Shown here piece by piece: positions 12,051 through 22,288 of a stretch of 64,000 bases of DNA. Below the pieces are notes generated by a model that was not told the origin of the DNA, ran no database searches, and saw only the letters and a program-made list of their open reading frames with translations. Source of the DNA: a bacterium (lineage in GTDB: Bacteria; RBG-13-61-14; DATKZS01); NCBI GenBank assembly GCA_035527835.1, contig DATKZS010000140.1, forward strand, positions 72,027-136,026, in the 5' to 3' direction. The position numbers and the translations under genes were made by a program. Position 1 is the first letter of the stretch, and the number at the start of each line of letters is the position of its first letter.

Positions 12051-12387
12051 CTCTTACATCCTCCTTGTTTGGTCTTGGTTAATCAAAAGGGGCCGAAGCC
12101 CCTGATCCCGATGGATGGTCAAAGATAATAACCCATTGTCTTCCCGTTGTCCAGTTTTTAATGCCCGCGTGCAGCCCTTGCAGGCCGCGAATGCGCGCGA
12201 ACGATCGAGAGGATCGGAGATTGAAGGAGACGCCGGTGTTGAGGGGGTATCAAGGGTTATAAAGGATACAGGAGAGCCTTTGACGTTAGCAATGATGCTG
12301 CCGGCTCGATAGATGGTGTACAGAGTTGCATTGGAAACAAGGCCCCAATTCAGGTCCGCCTGATCGCATGAAACCGCATTGGCTGTT

Positions 12388-12485
12388 GTCCCGGAGGGAC
12401 ATTTCGATATTAGTCCGGGAATTTATTCCTGGGAACATGGGACCGTTAAACCGCCAAGTCCCGGCAGGGACGGCCGTGATTTCGG
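12388..12485 (+). repeat. triple-hairpin element of about 100 bp, copy A
   Basis: gtcccggagggac - ccgggaatttattcctggg - gtcccggcagggac - ggccgtgatttcgg; near-identical in architecture to 62342-62440. Confidence 0.75.
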
Positions 12486-12509
12486 GGAGGGGGGCAGACC
12501 CCTACTTGT
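12484..12509. repeat. 26-bp direct repeat DR1 (gggaggggggcagacccctacttgt)
   Basis: Repeated at 13954-13980; the two copies flank a low-GC gene. Confidence 0.7.
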
Positions 12510-12537
12510 TTTACCCTTACAAGATAACTGGATGGTG

Positions 12538-12680
12538 TAAATTGGGGACAGCCACCTTTTCGGATGCTAACCAATTGCTTTTATTATGCTATTTTCAAGT
12601 ATCGTCAATTACCTGACGGTATTTAAAATAGTATTTATAATCAATAAGTTGCGAATGGAAATGGTGGCTGTCCCTAATTA
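12538..12680. repeat. 18-bp inverted repeat pair enclosing about 106 bp of AT-rich sequence
   Basis: taaattggggacagccacc ... ggtggctgtccctaatta. Confidence 0.6.
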
Positions 12681-12837
12681 ATTGTCCACCTCGGCTTGCG
12701 GCACCATGACCACATCCAAATTGAGAACGCCTTCTCCTCCCTCAAAACCGTTCGAGGTTCCCGCCACCAGGGTCCGAAAGTCCGTGGTCACCACCGGGGG
12801 ATGCCCAGCGGGTTAGTGTTCAAAGGACGAGTCCTGC

Positions 12838-13848
12838 TTATTCAAACATTTCCGGCATGATTCCGCCGGGCAGTTTGTCCGCCACCAGCAGGAGAGGTGC
12901 AAGTTCCTTTGGGCTCATCTTAAGTTCATCCAGGATAAGCCACCGGAGGTCTTCTTTGACGCGCGTGTCATCACCCGGTTTGATTTCTCCGTGCTGAAAA
13001 CGGCAATTCGTGCCTCCAGCGGAGGAGTCATAATTAACGTTTTTCTCAATTATCGGTCTGGCCATGGAGTCCTCACGGAACTTCTTCCATGCACTGTTCC
13101 TCGAAAAGTCCTCAACCATCAGGGTTATGGGGCAGTCAACATATTCGCCTTCGTACATGCCGGTCCAGCAGCGGACCTGGTACTCGGCAACACATTGTGC
13201 AACCATTCCAATGTAAGCTTCAGGACGGTTGACAACCCGCATGGGCACAAGCCGCATTGGTTCAGCGTCTTTTATTATATCATGGGAGCGTTCAACCTGG
13301 ATTTTAATAATCTCCTGGGAATTAAAATCAGAATCCTGAATGCTTATAGTTGGAGGGTGCAGTGATAAATAATCATTTATAATCGAAGCGGTGTCAGGCA
13401 CCTTGTAGAAATAAGTCTTTGTAAACTTATTTCCAGATATCCAATAGGGACTGACAATTTGTGGTATAGTCTTATCGTTAGTTGTAATATATTTAATTAG
13501 CTTTCTTCTATTGCCAAGGTTTAATAATAGTGCATTCTTTGCATATCTACTATCAGCAAACTCCGAGATGGTTATAACAGCCATAGACTGTGAATTTCCT
13601 CCCGGCAATGTGTATGTCATATCATTTCTTCTTATCAAGCCTTGTTTTTCTAAAAATAACTTTTGATATTTTGAAGGTATTTGCACCTCTGAACCAGTTT
13701 TATATGGCTCAAGGTCTCCATATTTTCTATCTAAGAATAACTGTGCGTATTGCTCACCCAGAAGGTTGCTGCCATATGCCAATATAAGAAATAGAAGTGC
13801 TATTATGACAACATACAATTTTCTCTTAGCAATCATCCTAAAGCTCAT
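12838..13848 (-). CDS. hypothetical protein, low GC, N-terminal TM
   Basis: 336 aa; AT-rich codon usage unlike surrounding genes; flanked by DR1/DR2. Confidence 0.55.
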   Translation of the reverse strand: MSFRMIAKRKLYVVIIALLFLILAYGSNLLGEQYAQLFLDRKYGDLEPYKTGSEVQIPSKYQKLFLEKQGLIRRNDMTYTLPGGNSQSMAVITISEFADSRYAKNALLLNLGNRRKLIKYITTNDKTIPQIVSPYWISGNKFTKTYFYKVPDTASIINDYLSLHPPTISIQDSDFNSQEIIKIQVERSHDIIKDAEPMRLVPMRVVNRPEAYIGMVAQCVAEYQVRCWTGMYEGEYVDCPITLMVEDFSRNSAWKKFREDSMARPIIEKNVNYDSSAGGTNCRFQHGEIKPGDDTRVKEDLRWLILDELKMSPKELAPLLLVADKLPGGIMPEMFE

Positions 13849-13953
13849 GATAGATCCTCCTTATTTCATGAAAACCTTGTTTGGATTAGTGACTATTTCA
13901 TTGACTATATTTCCAATTTCAGTGTAGAGCATTGGTTGAGTGGAATAATCAGC

Positions 13954-13980
13954 GGGAGGGGGGGCAGACCCCTACTTGTC
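13954..13980. repeat. direct repeat DR2
   Basis: gggagggggggcagacccctacttgtc. Confidence 0.7.
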
Positions 13981-14473
13981 AGTTTAAGGATTTGATTTTG
14001 TTTATTAGCCATTGATTGTCCTCCATCATTTGTTTCAGCCTGTTGATGCTGTTCGAGACGGAAACCGGCGTAACGCCTGGTGCGGCGGCTGTGGCGGAGA
14101 CGGAGAGGTGTTGCCATGGGTCGAATGTACTCCATGCCTTGATGCATGTCAAGGCTATTTGCAACCCATTCCGGGGTCAGCCCATCAGGGGTTTCGCCTC
14201 GCCGCCTTGGTTTAACCGGCTCTGTCATGACTAAAGAGAGCGTGATGGGCTTGGTGTCGCGGGGCAAGTGGGGGACGGCCAACCGTGGGCTGGGTTAAGG
14301 AAGCTCTTCGAGACGGGAAGGGTCGCGACTGAAGTCGCTCGTACAAAGGATTAAGTTGGTGCCAGGCATCACGGGTTCAAACAGAGTGCAACCCTGCGCC
14401 AGTCGCCGCCAGGCGGCTCGGGTTTCTGGATTATTCGGAGGGCGGGGGGTAAAATCGGAGGGAGAGCAGGAGG

Positions 14474-14827
14474 ATGGACCAGATGGACGATATTTATTAC
14501 GGCGACGGCGAGGACGTGGGTTACGTCGTGATCATGGCGACCACTCCGGGCCGCGAGTTGGCGGAGAGCATCGCCCGGGCCCTGGTGGAGGAGGAGCGGG
14601 TGGCGTGCGTGAACATCATTGACAAGATCACCTCCATCTTCCGGTGGAAGGGCAAGGTGGAGGAGGAGGCGGAATGCCTGCTGATCATGAAGACGCGCAC
14701 GGAGCGGGTGGAGGACGTGATCCAGCGGGTGAAAGCGCTGCACACCTACGACGTGCCCGAGATTATCGCCCTGCCCATCGTTGACGGCAACCCGTCCTAC
14801 CTGACATGGATTGACGAAGTCACTTGA
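14474..14827 (+). CDS. cutA: divalent-cation tolerance protein CutA
   Basis: CutA1 fold motifs (VACVNII, YDVPEIIALPI..GN..YL.WI). Confidence 0.85.
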   Translation: MDQMDDIYYGDGEDVGYVVIMATTPGRELAESIARALVEEERVACVNIIDKITSIFRWKGKVEEEAECLLIMKTRTERVEDVIQRVKALHTYDVPEIIALPIVDGNPSYLTWIDEVT

Positions 14828-14923
14828 GGAGAGGTTTGAGGTGTGAGGTCTGAGGTTTGAGGGGGATGATGGAACTGCCGGCCCTCTTTCTCAAACCTCA
14901 AACCTCAGACCTCAAACCTCCTC
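14826..14923. terminator. word-repeat hairpin (GGTTTGAGG words)
   Basis: gaggagaggtttgaggtgtgaggtctgaggtttgaggg ... cctctttctcaaacctcaaacctcagacctcaaacctcctc. Confidence 0.65.
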
Positions 14924-14991
14924 CTGCCTTGACGTCCGCCTGGTTATGCTTACATTTATAAGAGGAGTTCATGAGGGAGGGGCGGTAAGCC

Positions 14992-16176
14992 ATGCCGAAA
15001 AAAGATTATTACCAGACCCTGGGCGTTTCAAGGAACGCGCCCCAGGACGAGATAAAGAAGGCCTATAAGAAGCTGGCCAGGAAGTATCATCCTGATTGTA
15101 ATCCGGGCGACAAGACCTGCGAGAACAAGTTCAAGGACCTTTCCGAGGCCTACAGCGCGCTCTCGCACCCTGACAAGCGCAAGGAGTATGATCTGTTCGG
15201 GCCGGGGGGCCCGGGCCGCGCGCCGGACCCCGGCGCATGGGGCGGCCCTCCGGGCGGCGGGCGCACGTATACCTGGAGCTCGGGCGGCGGTCCTGACTTC
15301 AACCTCGAAGACATCTTCGGCGGCAGGGGCGGCGGCATGGGCGACATCTTCAGCGAGATGTTCGGCGGCCGGGGCCGGAGGGGCGGCAGAAGGGTTGACT
15401 TCAGCGGCGGGCCCTTCCAGGCGGAATATGACGTGGGCCCGCAGCCGGGCCGCGACCTCGAAGCCGAGCTTTCCGTAAGCTTTGACGACGCCATGGAGGG
15501 CGGCGTGCGCAAGTTCTCGATCGGCAGAAACGGGGTGTGCCCCTCCTGCGGCGGGACCGGCAAGAACGCCGCCGGCAAGTCGCGGACCTGCGCGGCCTGC
15601 AACGGCGCGGGCAAGAAGCAGGTGGCGAATACGGGCGCGAACTTCACGGTGGTGTGCAGCGCGTGCGGCGGAGTGGGCCGGATTTATACGGAGCCTTGTC
15701 CCGCCTGCGCCGGCGCGGGCAGCGTGGCCCGGACGGAAACGGTGACGGTGAAGGTCCCGGCGGGGGTAAAGGACGGCGGCAGGCTGCGCATTCCGGGCAA
15801 GGGCGAGCCGGGCCCGGGCGGGGCCATGGGCGACCTGGTGCTGCGGATCAGCGTGGCGCCTCACCCCTTCTTTCGGCGGGATGGCGACGACCTGCACTTG
15901 GACGTGCCGGTGACGGTGAGCGAGGCGGGGCTGGGAGCGAAGATCGAGGTCCCGACCCTGACCGGCAAGGCCACTCTCAAGGTCCCGGCCGGCACCCAGA
16001 ACGGAGCGATGCTGCGCCTCCGCGGCAAGGGCGCGCCCCGGCCCAAGGGCGGCGGCAGCGGCGACCTGTACGTGCACATCCAGGTGAAAGCGCCCACGGA
16101 CATGGACGAAAAAACCCGGAAGCTCCTGGAGGAGCTCAAGAAGCACGAGACCGATCCGAGAAAAGGGAAGTTTTAA
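14992..16176 (+). CDS. dnaJ: chaperone DnaJ
   Basis: J domain with HPD, G/F-rich region, four CxxCxGxG zinc-finger repeats, C-terminal domains. Confidence 0.93.
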   Translation: MPKKDYYQTLGVSRNAPQDEIKKAYKKLARKYHPDCNPGDKTCENKFKDLSEAYSALSHPDKRKEYDLFGPGGPGRAPDPGAWGGPPGGGRTYTWSSGGGPDFNLEDIFGGRGGGMGDIFSEMFGGRGRRGGRRVDFSGGPFQAEYDVGPQPGRDLEAELSVSFDDAMEGGVRKFSIGRNGVCPSCGGTGKNAAGKSRTCAACNGAGKKQVANTGANFTVVCSACGGVGRIYTEPCPACAGAGSVARTETVTVKVPAGVKDGGRLRIPGKGEPGPGGAMGDLVLRISVAPHPFFRRDGDDLHLDVPVTVSEAGLGAKIEVPTLTGKATLKVPAGTQNGAMLRLRGKGAPRPKGGGSGDLYVHIQVKAPTDMDEKTRKLLEELKKHETDPRKGKF

Positions 16177-16202
16177 GAGAGGGGAGAGATCAAGGGAGGT
16201 TT

Positions 16203-16910
16203 ATGATGAGGATCCCCGTAAAAGTGATCAGGAAAGAAGCTGACGGCAGGCGCGAGGAACTCGGCCCGGGATGGGACGAGCTCCGGCCCGCTGACTATTT
16301 TGCGGATTCCCGGCCGGCGCGGGAGCTCCTGATGGGCGGCGCCGATGCGGACCCGGATTATCCGCCGGAGCGGCCGGAGGAGAATGAGGAGCCGGCCAGG
16401 GATGACGGCGGCGCCCCTGATCGCGGAGAAGCCGGCGGGAGCGCGCGGCCGGGCTACGTGTCGCGCGATGACCTGTCCGGGCGCGCGGACCCCGGTGACT
16501 GGAAGAACAAGTACGTGCGGCTCCTGGCTGACTTCGAGAATTATAAAAGACACGCGGAGGCCGAGCGGGATCGGCTCTCCGGCATCGGCAAGGAGTCCGT
16601 GCTCGACGACCTCTTCCCCCTGGTCGAGCACATGGAGCGCGCCATCCAGGCCGCCAGGGACGCGGGTGGAGGGAACGGCATCCTGGAAGGGCTGGAACTG
16701 GTTTACCGCGAGTTGCTCGCGGTCCTGGAGAAGCACGGCGTCGAGCGCATCCGGGCGCGAGGCCAACTCTTTGATCCGCGCCTTCACGAGGCCGCGGCGG
16801 CGGTGCCCAGCCCGGGGACTCCGGAGGGCACGATCCTCGAAGAGCTCCGGCCCGGCTTCACCCGCCAGGGAAGACTGCTTAGGCCGGCGACGGTGGTGGT
16901 GGCGCGGTAA
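16203..16910 (+). CDS. grpE: nucleotide exchange factor GrpE
   Basis: C-terminal GrpE signature (YVRLLADFENYKRHAEAE ... QGRLLRPATVVV); ATG preceded by GGAGG. Confidence 0.85.
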   Translation: MMRIPVKVIRKEADGRREELGPGWDELRPADYFADSRPARELLMGGADADPDYPPERPEENEEPARDDGGAPDRGEAGGSARPGYVSRDDLSGRADPGDWKNKYVRLLADFENYKRHAEAERDRLSGIGKESVLDDLFPLVEHMERAIQAARDAGGGNGILEGLELVYRELLAVLEKHGVERIRARGQLFDPRLHEAAAAVPSPGTPEGTILEELRPGFTRQGRLLRPATVVVAR

Positions 16911-17005
16911 TCAGAATTTGGAGGGCCTGAGCATAACTACGCAATATCCGCATAGGCGCGTTCAGTCAATAACTGGGTATAATGTCTCCGGAATGCGAGG
17001 AAGGC

Positions 17006-17215
17006 TCAACCCGCGGCGCGGTCCAGCTCAAGCTTGTAGAGCGTTTTAACCGGGAACTTCCGGCTAGCGTTGAGGATTTCGATGGCCACGATCTCATCCT
17101 TTTTGCTCGTGTGCAGAATGACCCCCTCCGCGAGCTCCACCGCCCCTTCGGGCCGCTTGGACGACATCCGCAAATACGCCCCGTCGGTCTCCGGATCGTA
17201 GCTGACCTTCATCAC
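17006..17215 (-). CDS. DUF2283-family antitoxin-like protein
   Basis: 69 aa; MKVSYDPETDxxY signature. Confidence 0.75.
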   Translation of the reverse strand: MMKVSYDPETDGAYLRMSSKRPEGAVELAEGVILHTSKKDEIVAIEILNASRKFPVKTLYKLELDRAAG

Positions 17216-17216
17216 G

Positions 17217-17423
17217 TCACCTCCAAAGCTTTCTCTTCAGCGGATAAGCCGTGATCACCAGGGCCTCTTCCTCGGTACCCTCATAGACCACCTTCAAAGG
17301 ATAGCCCCCAAATCTCTCCCCGAACTTCTTGAGCGCCACCCGCTTTTGCCCTTCCATCTCCTCCCGGTCCGGGTCATTCATTGCCGCGACGATATCCGCT
17401 TCTCCAATGCCGTACAACCTCAT
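17217..17423 (-). CDS. DUF4258-family toxin-like protein
   Basis: 68 aa; immediately upstream of DUF2283 (1-nt gap) on the same strand. Confidence 0.7.
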   Translation of the reverse strand: MRLYGIGEADIVAAMNDPDREEMEGQKRVALKKFGERFGGYPLKVVYEGTEEEALVITAYPLKRKLWR

Positions 17424-18152
17424 GTTGTTCCGAGCGTGCCGGATATTTTCAGCATGGCAAAACCACCTATTAAATAATGTATTCCGCGCTAATCAAGTTG
17501 TCAAATCTTTCCCGCGCCCAAATTGCCAATCAAGATAATAAGTTTAAAGGCCCGCCATCATCCTCCTCACCATCCCCTCCACCTCCTCGCCTATCACGTC
17601 GGCTTTATATAGGCGCGGCCGCCGCGCTTTGGATTGCGCGCGGCTTGCCGCCGCTTTCACGAGCCGGGAGCTTGCTACCGGCGGACTCTCCCGCGCAGCC
17701 AAGGCCTCTGAGTATGTCAAGCTTGATCCTGATGGATTGAAGAACCTAATCGGGTGCCGGCCGGCAAGCCGGCCGATCCAACGCGGCGGCAAGCCGCGCG
17801 CACTCCAAAGCGCAGACGCAGGCCGGACCGCCGGAGGATGGCCGTACGCGGCGGTTACGATGAAACAGGCGCCGCTGGAGCCGGTGAGAGAGGCGATAAA
17901 GCAACTCCATCCCATGGCAGCGGCGATCCACGCTGGGCTATCCGGCTTTGCTCTTAAAGTTGATTAAGTTGGTGCCAGGCACGCGGTCCGCGAGGCACGC
18001 GGTCCGCGCGGTCCGCGGACCAAATCAGGAGGCTGGGAGTCGGAACCAGCCCTTCAGGGTCCCGCGTGGCTCTCGTAAGCTGATGACAGGTATGGGTTCC
18101 CTCGATGCTTCCCGTTAAACAATCAAACAAGGGTCTGACCCTGCCCCCTGTA

Positions 18153-18554
18153 TTATTGTATTTGTTCTCTTGTTATTAGTTCAAGATCCCAGTCTTTAAC
18201 TTTATATTTTTCTCCTGTTTCAAAATCTATATGGATTCGCATAGAACCTTCTGCCGCAACCATTTCATATTCATTTGTTGATTTTTTAAATATAGACCAA
18301 ATGCCAAAACTCCAACGGCCATTTCCTTCATAAATTAAATCAGAATTTCTTTTATATTCACTAATATCAACTTGCATATCCTTCATATATCCCCCAAGCT
18401 TATCATCAACGAGAACTTCATCTAACAAGGCCATAAGCTTATTTTTGTCAAGATCAGTTTCCGTTTTATCTTGGGCTTGATTGAATATGGTCCTTTTGCA
18501 GCAAAAGGAAAGACAAATAAACAATACGATAACGCATGACGTTTTGCGTTTCAA
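18153..18554 (-). CDS. hypothetical lipoprotein, low GC
   Basis: Signal peptide with Cys; AT-rich codons. Confidence 0.5.
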   Translation of the reverse strand: MKRKTSCVIVLFICLSFCCKRTIFNQAQDKTETDLDKNKLMALLDEVLVDDKLGGYMKDMQVDISEYKRNSDLIYEGNGRWSFGIWSIFKKSTNEYEMVAAEGSMRIHIDFETGEKYKVKDWDLELITREQIQ

Positions 18555-18591
18555 AGTAACATCTCCTTTAAGGATTTACCCTCAAAAGGCT

Positions 18592-19401
18592 CTACTTCTC
18601 ATCCCCCTGCACGGAAAAGGTCTTGGGCTTGGCAAAGACGTCGTCGGGGATGTTGGTGTCGGCTTTGGCGTCCTCGATGTTGAAGCGGAGCTTCTTGTTG
18701 GAGTCGTACTGGATGAGCTCGCCCTTGGTCTCCCACCAATGGCCGTTGATTTCCTTGAACTCGGTGAAGGTTGACATCTGGGTGAGCTTGCCGCTCTGGT
18801 CATGGGCCTCGATCTTGCGGGCCGCGAACATCTTCTGGTCCACCCAGGTGATGAAGCGGGCGCCGCGGGGATCGGCCGGGTCCTTGGAGTCGCTCTCGAC
18901 CTTGTAACAGGCCGCGCCGTCCACCGCTTCCTCGCCCAGGACCTTGTGATCGGCCTCGTCCAGGTCTATGGCGAAGATGTCGGTGCTGAACCCGAACCTC
19001 TCCTCCATTTTCTGGCAGGCCTTACCCAGGCACTTGGCGTAGTCCATGCCCGAGAGCTTGAACCAGCGGTCGGTGGACTTTTTCGGGTCGGTGTAATCAT
19101 AGGCGAGCGAGCTGATGCCCTCGACCTCCGGCGGGGCCGTAAACACGGCCAGCGTCATTTTGACGTCCGGGGTCTGCTTCATCTTGACGGTGATGTCCAT
19201 GGGCCGCTCTTTCCCGGTCTTGCTGGTCTTGACCAGATGCACCTTGAGCACCAGGTCCTGGTAAGGCCGGTCCAGGGTCTTTTGCAGGATCTCGCGCGGC
19301 CCGAGATTTTGGGCCAGTACCGCGCCGGCGAAAACGATAACGGCCACGGCGGCGATGACCAGAACGAACAGCCTAAAAATCTTTACTGACATGGCTTTCA
19401 T
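18592..19401 (-). CDS. LolA-like outer-membrane lipoprotein-sorting family protein
   Basis: 269 aa, signal peptide; family assignment is a by-eye resemblance only. Confidence 0.45.
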   Translation of the reverse strand: MKAMSVKIFRLFVLVIAAVAVIVFAGAVLAQNLGPREILQKTLDRPYQDLVLKVHLVKTSKTGKERPMDITVKMKQTPDVKMTLAVFTAPPEVEGISSLAYDYTDPKKSTDRWFKLSGMDYAKCLGKACQKMEERFGFSTDIFAIDLDEADHKVLGEEAVDGAACYKVESDSKDPADPRGARFITWVDQKMFAARKIEAHDQSGKLTQMSTFTEFKEINGHWWETKGELIQYDSNKKLRFNIEDAKADTNIPDDVFAKPKTFSVQGDEK

Positions 19402-19423
19402 CTGACTTCTCCATAAAAAAATA

Positions 19424-19452
19424 TCTCTGCGTTCTCCGCGCCTCCGCGGTTA
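19424..19452. repeat. solo arm of the CGCAGAG word family
   Basis: atctctgcgttctccgcgcctccgcggtt, equal to the right arm of 7945-7973; no partner arm nearby. Confidence 0.55.
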
Positions 19453-19489
19453 ATTTTAATGCCTGCTATTCTCGCGCCGCACCTTGGAG

Positions 19490-22111
19490 TCAGTCGGTTT
19501 TGAACTGATTGAGGATTGACTCCATGATCTCGGCCTGCTCGGTGAGCAGCGCGATGTTGTTGTCGAGGCGGGCCACGCTTTTTTCGTTCGAGGCGGCGAT
19601 GTCCTTGATGCGGCTCATGGCGGCGGCGATTCGTTTTTCGGCCTCCTGCTCCGCGGCCTGGGACTTGGTGAGGAGTCCGGTCAGGCGGTCGAGTCCGGCC
19701 ATGAGCTGCTGGACCTGCTGGGCGGCCCCGGACTGGCCTTCGGCCCGGGAGTGGACCGCGGCGGTGATCTCCTGGATCTGGTTGGATGACTTGAGGATCA
19801 GGTCCGAGCCCTTGGCCTGTTCATTGGTGCTGTTGGCGATTTGATGGATGAGCTCGGTGATGGTTTCGGTTGACTTGATGGCCCGGCGGGTGTTGCGGAC
19901 CTGCTCGATGGTGACGCGGGTGATCTTATCCACCATGGCGAAGCTCTGCTCGACGCTCTTCTCGATTTTTTCCAGGGCCTCTCCGGCGAGGAAGGAGCGG
20001 TTGACTCCGGACTCGACGTTTTGGTAGCCCTCCTTCATGGTCTCGACGGCGCGGCGGGTGTCGGCCCGGACCTGCTGGATGATGTCGTCTATTTCCTTGG
20101 TGGACTCGGAGGCGCGGTCGGCCAGGCTCTTGATCTCGTCGGCGACCACGGCGAAGCCCTTGCCGTGCTCGCCGGCCTGGCTGGCGATGATGGCGGCGTT
20201 GAGCGCGAGCATGTTGGTCTGGTTGGTGACGTCGCGGATCACGGAGAGGATCTTGCCGATCTTTTTGGTGGACCCGCCGAGCTGGTTGATCATGTCCATG
20301 GCCCTTCTCACCGATTCCTCGATCTCGCCGATGCCCTGGATGGTGGCCTGGACCGCCTCCACCCCGGAGTGGGCGTGGCCGCGCACCTGCTCCGCTATGG
20401 TCTGGTTCTCCTTGGCCGATGACTCGACCTCCCGGATCGAGGCCTCGAGCTCGACCATGGACGAGCTGGTCTCCTCCGACCGCACCAGGAGCTCGTCCGC
20501 GTTGAACGCCACCTGCTTGACCGCCGCCGCCATCTCCAGGATCGAGCTCGAGCTCGTCTCCACCGACTGGTCCAGCTCGTCCATGGAGGCCGAGGTCTCG
20601 TGAACCAGCTTCATCATTTCCTGGATGCGCCTGACCCCGTCGGTGATGGCGCCGGAGAGCTCGGAGGCCTGCTGGGAAACGTCGCCCGTCAACCGGCTCA
20701 TGTCGGACAGCCCCCGGTCCGTGTCCTCCGCCTCCCGGCGCTGCAGGGTCGAGCCTTCGGCCACGATCTGCGAGCCGCCCTTGAGCTCGCTGATCACGCC
20801 CTCAACCCCCTGGTAAGCCGAGCGCAGGCGCGTGACCGTGGCGCGCAGGCTCGTGACCATCACCTTCATGCCCGCGGCCAATGCCCCGATCTCGTCCTCG
20901 CTCACAATATTGAACGACACATCGAGCTCGCCCCGCCCTACCCGACGGGTCTCCTCCAAAAGGCTGCTCACCGGACGGAGCACGTCCTCCGCCGACAGGC
21001 TCACCACCCGCCACGTCAGCAGGATGATCAGCACCACGAACAGGGCGCAGACCAAAAACGACTTGCTTTTCCAGCCGCCCAGCCCGGACCAGGAAAAGGC
21101 CTGGCCCACGTAAACCGGCGAGTTGACGCCGGGCGGAGCGGCCGCGTGGAGCAGCATCAGCTCCTGCTCCGAATCCACCCGCACCGAGAGCGGAGCGTCA
21201 TAGTCGCCGCCCTGCTCCCGGCGGACCTCTTTCTGGAAGTATTCCACGCTGAAGTTCGGCACGCCCCGGCCTTCGGCCGGAAAAATGATCCGTCCCTCGG
21301 CCGTGACCACGAAGTACGTGATCTTGAAAATTCTCGAGGAACGCGAGAGCAGGGTCTCGGATCCAAGATCCGAAGACGGGTTCTTGATGCGGATGTCCCA
21401 CTCGTTGCGCAGGTCGGTGAGGAGGGCGAGCTTCTCGGTATGCACGCCGGCGGCGCCCTGATAGAGGAACAGGGTGAGCAGGATCAGGGTCCCGGCCACG
21501 GTCAGGGAGAGGAACGACAACTGCAGCTTGGCCCGGAGCCCTGCCACCGGCTCCTTTTGCTTCTCGATGTGGAAGCCGGTCTCGCGGGAGAGGACGTCGG
21601 CGGCCAGCTCGCGGATGGATTGCTTGGCCGAGTAATAGATGAACACGTAGCCGATCAAGGAGGAAAGCGCGGAGAGCACCAGGACGAGAAAGGCCTCCCA
21701 TTGGTAGAAGACGGCAATAAGGGGGAGAAAGCTGAGCCAGAGGAAAAGGAAGAGGCCGCAGATCAGCCACAGTGCCACCGAATGGCGGGCCAGCTTACCG
21801 GGAACCAGGATCAGGTCCTCCTGCGCCTGGCGGGCCCGGGCATTAATCTCCGTGGCCGGACGCTTGCCGCCGAGCCCCAGATAATAATCATTGAAGCTCC
21901 CGAGCCACCTGCCCGCGCTCAGCCAATTCGCGCCAATGACCACGAGCGTGAGAATGGCCATGGCGGGGAGGGCCTTGATGAGGTGAGGGAGCCCGAGCGT
22001 GCTGGACAGGCCGAGCATGACGATGATGATGGCCACCTGCGCGGCGCTGGCCATGACCACGGCCCCCACCAGCCGGAGCCGGAGCTGCGCGAATACCTTT
22101 TCTTCCTTCAT
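19490..22111 (-). CDS. methyl-accepting chemotaxis protein with multi-TM sensor and HAMP domain
   Basis: C-terminal MCP signalling domain ([27 protein letters not shown]...). Start trimmed to MKEEKVF at 22111. Confidence 0.85.
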   Translation of the reverse strand: MKEEKVFAQLRLRLVGAVVMASAAQVAIIIVMLGLSSTLGLPHLIKALPAMAILTLVVIGANWLSAGRWLGSFNDYYLGLGGKRPATEINARARQAQEDLILVPGKLARHSVALWLICGLFLFLWLSFLPLIAVFYQWEAFLVLVLSALSSLIGYVFIYYSAKQSIRELAADVLSRETGFHIEKQKEPVAGLRAKLQLSFLSLTVAGTLILLTLFLYQGAAGVHTEKLALLTDLRNEWDIRIKNPSSDLGSETLLSRSSRIFKITYFVVTAEGRIIFPAEGRGVPNFSVEYFQKEVRREQGGDYDAPLSVRVDSEQELMLLHAAAPPGVNSPVYVGQAFSWSGLGGWKSKSFLVCALFVVLIILLTWRVVSLSAEDVLRPVSSLLEETRRVGRGELDVSFNIVSEDEIGALAAGMKVMVTSLRATVTRLRSAYQGVEGVISELKGGSQIVAEGSTLQRREAEDTDRGLSDMSRLTGDVSQQASELSGAITDGVRRIQEMMKLVHETSASMDELDQSVETSSSSILEMAAAVKQVAFNADELLVRSEETSSSMVELEASIREVESSAKENQTIAEQVRGHAHSGVEAVQATIQGIGEIEESVRRAMDMINQLGGSTKKIGKILSVIRDVTNQTNMLALNAAIIASQAGEHGKGFAVVADEIKSLADRASESTKEIDDIIQQVRADTRRAVETMKEGYQNVESGVNRSFLAGEALEKIEKSVEQSFAMVDKITRVTIEQVRNTRRAIKSTETITELIHQIANSTNEQAKGSDLILKSSNQIQEITAAVHSRAEGQSGAAQQVQQLMAGLDRLTGLLTKSQAAEQEAEKRIAAAMSRIKDIAASNEKSVARLDNNIALLTEQAEIMESILNQFKTD

Positions 22112-22288
22112 CCGGATACGATCCTTGTGCTGCCCCAAGGCAATACGTAACTTGTTTTTATACCATATTATACTCGGGAGCGGCAACTTGTGGGCGGCTC
22201 TTTCACGCGCCTTAGCTCCGGCCAGGCTGGTTGTCTCGCGCCTTGACCATTCCTGTCTTTTCAAGTTTTATCTGGTATCATCCGGTTC

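Noticed and set aside
17544-17967. Overlapping ORFs 17544..17915 (-) and 17629..17967 (+) in a GC-rich gap
   Set aside because: No domain signal; mutually exclusive; composition-driven. The region is treated as noncoding and possibly RNA-bearing.
14349-18130. Possible tRNA or tmRNA genes (agttggt D-loop-like strings; GC-rich noncoding stretches)
   Set aside because: No acceptor stem, T-arm consensus (GGTTCGAATCC-like) or CCA-compatible 3' end could be folded by eye anywhere in the window.
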